From Candidatus Rifleibacteriota bacterium (lineage in GTDB: Bacteria > Muiribacteriota > Ozemobacteria > Ozemobacterales > Ozemobacteraceae), in contig JANJUP010000022.1 of assembly GCA_024710525.1 (NCBI GenBank), positions 64,001 to 128,000 of the forward strand: a DNA stretch of 64,000 bases. Direction: 5' to 3'. Below the pieces are notes generated by a model that searched no databases, was not told the origin of the DNA, and saw only the letters and a list, made by a program, of their open reading frames with translations. Each line of letters begins with the position of its first letter. The stretch's first letter is position 1. Shown piece after piece: positions 57,566 to 64,000 of this stretch. A program made the translations under genes and the position numbers.

Positions 57566-58333
57566 TCAGGCATTAGGCTCTGAATCAGGCTCGCTGGCAT
57601 CAGCATCATGCAATTGTGATTTCTGATGAATATAGGAAAAGTATAAATGCCGCCCAGTGATAAATGCGGCTGATAGCTCGATTAAAACAAGGGTTCGAAT
57701 GGACGGTTGTTTGGGAAGTAAGCTCCAGGACAAAAACAGGATAAGGCTGAACCATGCTCCCATGTATGCCGGGTTGCTTTTCTCTTCTTGTTCAGCGAAT
57801 CCTGTCGAACAGACTCCCGTTGTTATTGACCCGGCAATCAGGAAAAACTCTACTGCATTCAAGAAATTCCGGGAAAACATATAAGCACTGAGAAGACAGG
57901 CGACAATTAAAAACACTGCTGCAAGACCGTTTAAATAGCCGGGCGCTTTCTTTAACTTTATGGAAGCAATTACGCAAAGCCATACGCCAGTTACCGTAAA
58001 TAAAAAAGACTCATTCGAGGCGCTTGAAAGCGCAAATCCTGCCATGCAGATCAGAATGCCGGCCGGGCCAGGATCATGAGTTCTCCGTTCCGGATCTGAA
58101 AGTCGCAATAAGCTGAAGTAAACGATTGTTGCCAGTGCCATGACCAATGGAACCGGCCCCCAGTCCAGAAAGTCCGGGCGCCATTCCACTATCGGGAATT
58201 CCAGCAACCACCAGGAACCAATGCCGCCACCGGGTTCAATGGTATAGCGAAATGTTGAAGCCAGCCAGAAAATTCCCAGCTGCATTGGCCACGAAAACAG
58301 TTTCAAAGCCTGGTTTGTCATCTCTTTTTTCAT
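57566..58333 (-). CDS. Polytopic membrane protein of unknown function
   Basis: About 6 predicted TM helices. Start uncertain (ATG 58333 or 58360). Confidence 0.4.
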   Translation of the reverse strand: MKKEMTNQALKLFSWPMQLGIFWLASTFRYTIEPGGGIGSWWLLEFPIVEWRPDFLDWGPVPLVMALATIVYFSLLRLSDPERRTHDPGPAGILICMAGFALSSASNESFLFTVTGVWLCVIASIKLKKAPGYLNGLAAVFLIVACLLSAYMFSRNFLNAVEFFLIAGSITTGVCSTGFAEQEEKSNPAYMGAWFSLILFLSWSLLPKQPSIRTLVLIELSAAFITGRHLYFSYIHQKSQLHDADASEPDSEPNA

Positions 58334-58390
58334 CCCCGTAATGTTGCTGCCCGGGGCCACGTTAAAATCTTCCTTTGGTGAACTGATCGC

Positions 58391-59014
58391 TTACCATTTT
58401 TGCAACTTTGTCCAGGCATAAAGCGCATTGCCCGGGCAGTCTGTTTGCGCCAGATCCCGATGGCAGCAGACATTTTCCGGAACAAGAGAATATTCTGCCA
58501 GCTTGTTTTTGATGATTTTTTTCAGCGCATGCCGGGCCTGTGGACAGGGTAAATGCTTGTCGTAAGTGCCCAGAAAACAAATCATCAGGTAGCCGTTGGT
58601 ATCATATCTGGTTCCAGAATCACCGAGATACGATGAGTTGCGACCTTCATATATTTTTCCGGAGGGAGCAATCAGGTAATGATAAGCAATATCTCCCCAT
58701 TTTTTGTCAGTCATATGAAAGCTCTGAATGTTTCGAAGAATCATGGCTTCATCCTTTTCAACAGGGGCTCTTCCCGCTGTATGATGAATGACAATACCCT
58801 TGATTTTATCCTGAACAGACATTCGATCTGTTGCTGCTGGAACACCTTGCCAGACCTCACGGGCGGCAATGGGCAGTGACAAACCTTCGGATGGCTTCTG
58901 AGTAAGCGACTGGGATCTGGCTGCGGTTGTGAATGTCAGCAAAATCACCAGAGCAACTGTGGCTTTCAGCCAGCCCGGGAAGGTTTTGAGATCATAGTGT
59001 CGATTCATATTCAA
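58391..59014 (-). CDS. Secreted N-acetylmuramoyl-L-alanine amidase (amidase_2 / PGRP domain)
   Basis: GIVIHHTAGRAP...DIAYHYLIAPSGKIYEGR...CHRDLAQTDCPG are amidase_2/PGRP zinc-amidase signatures. Signal peptide. Confidence 0.75.
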   Translation of the reverse strand: MNMNRHYDLKTFPGWLKATVALVILLTFTTAARSQSLTQKPSEGLSLPIAAREVWQGVPAATDRMSVQDKIKGIVIHHTAGRAPVEKDEAMILRNIQSFHMTDKKWGDIAYHYLIAPSGKIYEGRNSSYLGDSGTRYDTNGYLMICFLGTYDKHLPCPQARHALKKIIKNKLAEYSLVPENVCCHRDLAQTDCPGNALYAWTKLQKW

Positions 59015-59400
59015 TCTGAATCTCCATTATTTAGCATTGCGGCAGGATTTAATGCGACTCTCTTGCATGTTCATTATCAGCTGCCGGTACACATATTGTT
59101 ATCATCAGAGCATCTTTCTTGTCACTCTTGTTAAAGTTGCCGATGAACACGAATGATACAAGAATTCCTCAAAAAAAATCTGCCGAAAACCTTGCTAAAG
59201 CACAAAATCCCCGTCACGGACGAGGATTTGCGCAGTGGAGGCGGCCCAAACAGGAACATATCCACGTCCTGCTACATGGTTTCTCTAATTATTTGCACTT
59301 ATCGCAATGATTCTGGTTCAGATTTCAAAGTTGAATTTCCTCCAGAATCAAACTTATAATCAATTCCAAGTGAAAAAATTGATGAGACAGGTATTGAAAA

Positions 59401-60015
59401 ATGAGGATTTTTTTCCTGATGTTTGTGTTTCTGTGCCCTGTTATTGTTCTTGCGCAGGATTCCAAAGAGCTTATGGGCAAGTATGACGAGGCCTTCTATG
59501 CCGGCAATTATGAGCAGGAACTGTCACTGGTAGAACAATTGATTGCAATGGACTCTCAAAATTGTCTCTTTTTCAGGGAAAAGGCAAAAATGCAGGCAAT
59601 GACAGGGAACAAGGGTGCTTTTGCCGCAACATTGAATCATATCAAACAAACATTTGACAGGGTAAACGCAGAAACCGCAATAAAGCACATACATGAGTGG
59701 GAAAAGCTGTCTGAAGATTTTAAAGTTCTCAGCCGGTCATATTTGCCAGAGCCGATTGTGTTGAAAATTTCATCTCGAGATTCGGCAGATTTTCTGGTTG
59801 CCAAAGCATCTCAACAGCCCAATCCAATTGCCCCGGCTGCAAATCAGAAAATCCCAATTTGCTACATCAGCGAATACGGAAAAAAGTATCATGCAAAAGG
59901 TGAATGCCCTGCAGTTACACGCGGAAAGCTTGTTCCTGCTTTTGACCTGGATCATATCAGGAAGAAAACGGAAGGTCCTTGTGAAAACTGCTGGAAAAAT
60001 AAAAACCTGTTCTAA
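59401..60015 (+). CDS. Secreted hypothetical protein (TPR-like helical), Cys-containing C-terminus
   Basis: Signal peptide MRIFFLMFVFLCPVIVLA. Confidence 0.45.
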   Translation: MRIFFLMFVFLCPVIVLAQDSKELMGKYDEAFYAGNYEQELSLVEQLIAMDSQNCLFFREKAKMQAMTGNKGAFAATLNHIKQTFDRVNAETAIKHIHEWEKLSEDFKVLSRSYLPEPIVLKISSRDSADFLVAKASQQPNPIAPAANQKIPICYISEYGKKYHAKGECPAVTRGKLVPAFDLDHIRKKTEGPCENCWKNKNLF

Positions 60016-60041
60016 AAAACTTCAATTGCTGTAGATGAAAG

Positions 60042-60389
60042 TTAGAAGTTTAAGCGAGATATAATTTTTGTCAGATTTTCCAGAAATAGAGGGATTTTAT
60101 CCTTTATGACAAGAAAGACAATTTCGTCATCTATGACATCGTAGGCATGAACAATAACATTTCTGAAAGATATAATTCTTTGCCAATCTGAGAGTTCATT
60201 CAGGAGTTCTGGATCTATTTTTTTGATCCGGTTCAGAGCTTCTCCCAAAATTTCAAACTGTCTTTCAACAGCCGATTTTACCATCAGATTCTCCTGATAT
60301 TCCTGCAGGCTTATTCCTTCTGAAAATTTAATGATCAAACCGCAGGCCGAAACTGCGTCGTGAAGACAAACTTTTGAATTATGAGTCAT
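60042..60389 (-). CDS. hepT: HepT-like toxin (DUF86 / nucleotidyltransferase substrate-binding family)
   Basis: Conserved RNVIVHAYDVID (Rx4HxY motif). Overlaps the upstream antitoxin gene. Confidence 0.75.
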   Translation of the reverse strand: MTHNSKVCLHDAVSACGLIIKFSEGISLQEYQENLMVKSAVERQFEILGEALNRIKKIDPELLNELSDWQRIISFRNVIVHAYDVIDDEIVFLVIKDKIPLFLENLTKIISRLNF

Positions 60390-60687
60390 AACATTTCTTG
60401 AGCCTGGAATAGATGCTTTCTTTTAAATACGGATTCCTGATTGCTTTGGGCATAACCAGATCGACTTCTCTGTTTAAAAGCTTTTCAAGCTCTTCTTTTA
60501 TGCCAAAATATTTATCAAGCCCGTTTTCAGGAGTTATTAATTCCAGAAGGAAATCAAGATCGCTGCTATCCGGGTTGAACTCTTCGGTAAGAGCACTGCC
60601 AAAAAGCGTCAGGCTCTTAGCTTCGTATTTTTTGCAGATCTTCTCTATTTCTGGCAAAAAAGGTTCTATTTTGAACATCAAAATCAC
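60379..60687 (-). CDS. mntA: MntA-like minimal nucleotidyltransferase (antitoxin partner of HepT)
   Basis: LFGSALTEEFNPDSSDLDFLLE matches the GSx9-13DxD nucleotidyltransferase motif. Gene overlap with hepT. Confidence 0.75.
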   Translation of the reverse strand: MILMFKIEPFLPEIEKICKKYEAKSLTLFGSALTEEFNPDSSDLDFLLELITPENGLDKYFGIKEELEKLLNREVDLVMPKAIRNPYLKESIYSRLKKCYDS

Positions 60688-60702
60688 TCCGAAAAGTGGC
60701 GG

Positions 60703-60748
60703 TCAAAACAAAACCTCGGCCACCTCTTTAAAAAGCGGACGAGGTTTT
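60703..60748 (-). terminator. Rho-independent terminator of ssrA
   Basis: 10-bp perfect stem caaaacctcg / cgaggttttg with a U-run on the minus strand, immediately 3' of the tmRNA. Confidence 0.6.
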
Positions 60749-60754
60749 GTTCAG

Positions 60755-61114
60755 TGGAGGCGGCGGGAATCGAACCCGCGTCCGAAAAGGCTCACAGACA
60801 CCGTCTACCATTATGTCCTGCGTTTAATTGTTTAAGACTTTCGTAACCCACAGGCAGGTCTCTACTCATCCGATCCGTCTGGAAAATCTCGACTTGCTAC
60901 CCCAGTGGCCCGGTATCAAGCCCAGCCGGTTTTGTCTACGGTCGTCTCAGTGCTTACCGGCGGAATCAGCTGAGGGACCGTCACAGCAAATTAGGCTGCG
61001 AGTGCCAGTTCTTCGTTGGCAGTTAAGTTTTGATCGATTTTATAACGAGGCCCTTCGATCAACCTCGAATGGCAGGTGGATGCTCACGCTCCCCGTCGAA
61101 ACCAGGTCGCCCCC
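60755..61114 (-). ncRNA. ssrA: tmRNA (ssrA); tag reading frame encodes ANEELALAA, stop at 60991-60993
   Basis: 5' end GGGGGCGACCTGGTTTCGACGGGG (tRNA-like acceptor / tmRNA 5' consensus). 3' end GGACGCGGGTTCGATTCCCGCCGCCTCCA (T-arm and acceptor). Internal ORF ending ...GCAGCC TAA = LALAA stop. Confidence 0.85.
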
Positions 61115-61294
61115 GATTTCTTCAGTTGTACAAAACAACCACTCATAAAAGTATAGCCCAAAGCCTGCACAAAAGCAAGACTTATGCAAGACCATCAGGG
61201 CAAACACACTAAATACCTTAGATTCTCAATCGGACTAGATTCCCGCCTGTACCCGTTCCGGGCATAAACGCGGGAATGACGTAATCCGGTTCAT

Positions 61295-63061
61295 TCATTC
61301 CGGACGCAGAAGCCCGATAACCTCGGTATCTTTCAAATTATCATTCGCGAGCGCAAAATCAAGGGCGGTTTTGCCGTGCTCCTTGTCGGCAAAATCAATT
61401 CTGGCGCCGGCAGCGACAAGAATCTTGATTGTTTCCGGGCTGACACTCATTTCGGCCGCTGCCATGAGCGCCGAGAAACCATATTTATCGCAGATGTTTA
61501 CATCGGCGCCGGCTGCAATAAGAGCCTTTATCGCCTCAGGGGCCGAAAATCTGGCTGCGAAAAACAACGGCGTCCTGCCCAGGTCGTCAGTTGAATTTAC
61601 GTCGGCGCCCCTTGTCAGGAAAAGTTTGACGACTTCCGGGTCCCTGTTACTGGCTGCCCTAAGAAGCAGTTCGGCTTCAGGCAGTGCTTTGCCGGCAGTT
61701 TTTTCTGTTTCGGCAAGCAGAAACTTTACGACCTCTGAGTTATTGTATTGCGTTGCATAAAGCAGCGCTGTGGTGCCATTTCTGCTGACAGCGTCGATTC
61801 TGGCCCCTGATTTGATGAGGAATTTTACCATTTCAGGGTTTGGGTTGCCGATGGCTGCTTCCATCAAAGCTGTTATGCCATCTCTGTCAGGCATATTTAC
61901 ATCGATGCCAAGGTGCACTATTCTCCTGGCCAGATTCAGCCCGTCTTTGGCAGCCACTGCCACCAGCCAGGCTTCATACAGAAGCGGGTCTTTGCTTGTC
62001 AGCTTTGCGCCATGCCGTAAAAGCAGATCGATCAGACTGGCACTCCTGGGTTCTTTATAGGTGTCGCCGTTCGCGGCACTGCGAATAGCCATATCCAGAG
62101 CCCTGACATGATTCGCGGCGCCTGCATTCAGAGAAGCCCCGGCTTTCAGCAGTATTGTAACAATGTTTTCGTTGCCCTTAACCCCACATGCCCAGATCAG
62201 CGCTGTAGAACCCTTGTTGTCGCGGGCATTAACTTTAGCGCCATGCCTGATAAGGGCCTTCACCAGAATTTCATTGGCAGGTTCAACCACCGCATGCATC
62301 AGCGGTGTCATGCCATTTTCGTCTCTGCTGTTTACCCTGGCTCCGAGCTTGATCAAAGTTTCGGCAACTTCGCGGTTTTTGTTGTAATAAATCGCGCTGG
62401 AAAGGGCCGTGCGCCCCTTTGCATCGACCACTGCCAGATCGGCGCCGGCTGCTGCAAGCATCGCAACGATACGCGGGTCTTGGTTGTGGGAAGCGGCAAA
62501 GAGCAGGGGAGTTGTTCCGGTGCTGGCCTTATCGTTGACGCCCAGACCCTGGCGCAGCAGGAAGGCGACAACCTCAGGGTTTCGGGCATTCGCGGCGGCG
62601 CTGTGCAGCAGAGTGAATCCCCGTTCGTCAGTAAAATCCCTGCTGTTATACAGTTCAAGCGCTGTCTTGAACATTTTCATGCTTTTGTTGCCGGTTGCCG
62701 CTTTGAGAACTTCGAGATCGATGTTGAAACCCTCTGAAGCAAGAAATCTCAGGGTGGTTTCATCGTCACGGAAAACCGTAAAGGCGCTCATGACATTTCT
62801 TTCTGTTTCGGCATCAAGCTTCGCACCTGCGTCGATAAGGGCTTTGATAATCGTCCGGTCGCAACCGGTAAGAATGGCGGTCGAGAGCAGACTGCTGCCA
62901 TCTTCGACCGGTTTGTTGACATCGGCGCCTTCCCGGATTGCTCGCGTCAGCTTCAATAAAGCACCTGGCTGCCGGTTGCTGATGATTTCCTCAAGATTTT
63001 CAGCAAAAACAGCTGAATTAAATGAAAATAACAGAGCAAACGGAATAAGTTTTCTGAGCAT
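61295..63061 (-). CDS. Secreted ankyrin-repeat protein (>12 ANK repeats)
   Basis: AAGGTG RBS then ATG at 63061; signal peptide MLRKLIPFALLFSFNSAVFA. Repeated G.TPL..A.......V..LL..GA[DK][VL]N ANK consensus throughout. Confidence 0.85.
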   Translation of the reverse strand: MLRKLIPFALLFSFNSAVFAENLEEIISNRQPGALLKLTRAIREGADVNKPVEDGSSLLSTAILTGCDRTIIKALIDAGAKLDAETERNVMSAFTVFRDDETTLRFLASEGFNIDLEVLKAATGNKSMKMFKTALELYNSRDFTDERGFTLLHSAAANARNPEVVAFLLRQGLGVNDKASTGTTPLLFAASHNQDPRIVAMLAAAGADLAVVDAKGRTALSSAIYYNKNREVAETLIKLGARVNSRDENGMTPLMHAVVEPANEILVKALIRHGAKVNARDNKGSTALIWACGVKGNENIVTILLKAGASLNAGAANHVRALDMAIRSAANGDTYKEPRSASLIDLLLRHGAKLTSKDPLLYEAWLVAVAAKDGLNLARRIVHLGIDVNMPDRDGITALMEAAIGNPNPEMVKFLIKSGARIDAVSRNGTTALLYATQYNNSEVVKFLLAETEKTAGKALPEAELLLRAASNRDPEVVKLFLTRGADVNSTDDLGRTPLFFAARFSAPEAIKALIAAGADVNICDKYGFSALMAAAEMSVSPETIKILVAAGARIDFADKEHGKTALDFALANDNLKDTEVIGLLRPE

Positions 63062-63333
63062 TGAATTCACCTTCAGACCAGAATTTTTTTTTGAATCAGA
63101 ATACAGTATAAGAAGAAAAGGCGCTGACAGCAATTACAGCAAACCATAGTCGCCATCCGCGCGTCGGCGAGAATCATGCTCTGAACGTTAAGACGGCATT
63201 CCAGTGCTTTTTCCAGTGGATTAGAGTCAAGTCTATTCAAATGCTGACGCGTGATGTATAGTTTCCACATCTTTTGTCTGAAACCAGATTTTTAAATCAG
63301 AGTGGTCGGTTGCCCGGCCAGGGAGATATTGCC

Positions 63334-64000
63334 ATGAAAAGAATTCCCGCTTTATTGCTGATCAGCATTCTGCTCTTTTCCTGTTTTCTCGATGCAAAAA
63401 TTCTGTTTGCGTCCGAACTGGCAGCAGACGGGATGGAATACATTGAAGTCCGCAATGAAAAGAACGAACGGGTTAAGTTTTCCAGATTGATCCTGGGAAC
63501 GGACCACCTGGCACAGGAAGACTGGACCGACCCGATCCCCAGAAAAATAACCGAGCAGAGCGTCAAAAACCTTTTCGACGAAGCCGTGCGCCTCGGAATC
63601 AACCTTTTTGACACCTCGCCAATCTATGTCGGCGATGTCGAATATAAGCTTGGCAACTGGATCACCGCATATCGGCAGGAAAATCCGGGTAAAAAAATCT
63701 ACACCCTTTCAAAAGGCGGGTTTCCCTTTGACCTTTTCTGGGCAAAAAAGCTGCCGGAAGGTGAGAACTCTTTCTGCCTGCAGGAAATGCTGAAAGCAAA
63801 GAACATCATGGCCGAGGGCTATACGGATCTGCCCAATTCGACGGACGGAACCTATGCCAGTCGCCTGTTCGGCAGCAAAGAGCAGATCGCCGCAAGGGTC
63901 GGAGAAGAACTTGGCCACACAATTAAAAATCTGCAGGGAAACCCTGATGTCTACCTCATGCACAGAGATGATGGCGATTTTATCAATTTCGAGCCGATCA
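63334..64000 (+). CDS. Aldo/keto reductase family oxidoreductase, 3'-truncated by the window edge; N-terminal signal-like segment
   Basis: GGGAGA RBS then ATG at 63334. Open frame to the window end. RLILGTDHL...GINLFDTSPIYVGDVEYKLG resembles the aldo/keto reductase N-terminal region. Not in the ORF track because it has no stop in the window. Confidence 0.55.
   Translation, partial: MKRIPALLLISILLFSCFLDAKILFASELAADGMEYIEVRNEKNERVKFSRLILGTDHLAQEDWTDPIPRKITEQSVKNLFDEAVRLGINLFDTSPIYVGDVEYKLGNWITAYRQENPGKKIYTLSKGGFPFDLFWAKKLPEGENSFCLQEMLKAKNIMAEGYTDLPNSTDGTYASRLFGSKEQIAARVGEELGHTIKNLQGNPDVYLMHRDDGDFINFEPI

Noticed and set aside
59207-60764. Calling the region a complete integrative mobile element
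   Set aside because: No integrase, excisionase or transfer genes lie between the repeats or in the flanks within the window. Reported only as a probable degraded islet with att-like repeats.
63297-63614. 105-aa ORF on the minus strand from the ORF track
   Set aside because: It overlaps, in antisense, an uninterrupted plus-strand frame (63334..window end) that has a GGGAGA RBS, a signal-like N-terminus and aldo/keto-reductase-like motifs. The plus-strand gene is missing from the track only because it lacks a stop in the window.

Overview
This 64 kb window looks like a bacterial chromosomal segment with about 50% GC, densely packed with roughly 60 genes on both strands. A large share encode proteins with N-terminal signal peptides, and several carry prepilin-type N-terminal (class III) signals. 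The lineage is an inference only; the content (many prepilin-like and secreted hypotheticals, a bacterial serpin, an ankyrin-repeat protein) is reminiscent of PVC-type or candidate-phylum genomes. I found no rRNA, tRNA or CRISPR arrays.

Features I can support from sequence:
- **tmRNA (ssrA)**, 60755..61114 (-), tag reading frame ANEELALAA.
- **Peptidases and a protease inhibitor.** SH3b-repeat/C39-like, S9, M60-like, M1-like and M42 peptidases, an amidase_2 (PGRP) amidase, and a serpin.
- **Radical SAM enzymes.** One SPASM-type and one B12-binding.
- **Regulation.** An ECF sigma / putative anti-sigma pair, an OhrR-type regulator, and a multi-PAS hybrid histidine kinase.
- **Export.** A TolC / MFP / MacB-type tripartite efflux operon.
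- **Toxin-antitoxin.** A HepT/MntA pair.

Most interesting candidates:
1. A tightly coupled minus-strand operon that looks like an uncharacterised peptide-modification cluster: MFS transporter, a 31-codon Cys-rich small ORF, radical SAM/SPASM enzyme, cytoplasmic S9 peptidase (6158..10567).
2. An organic-peroxide-type regulon in which a sigma-70 promoter with a Bacillus-like OhrR operator drives gpx, ohrR and a B12-binding radical SAM gene.
3. An efflux operon whose membrane-fusion protein carries a cytoplasmic GAF sensor domain.
4. A 1.5 kb islet next to ssrA, bounded by an imperfect 29-nt direct repeat of the tmRNA 3' end and carrying HepT/MntA.
5. A module of OmpA-domain and pilin-like proteins, including a GspG-like domain with inverted (C-terminal) membrane anchoring.
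6. A ~55-bp promoter motif shared by the serpin gene and a small zinc-ribbon gene.

All functional calls rest on motif recognition by eye. No database search was run.
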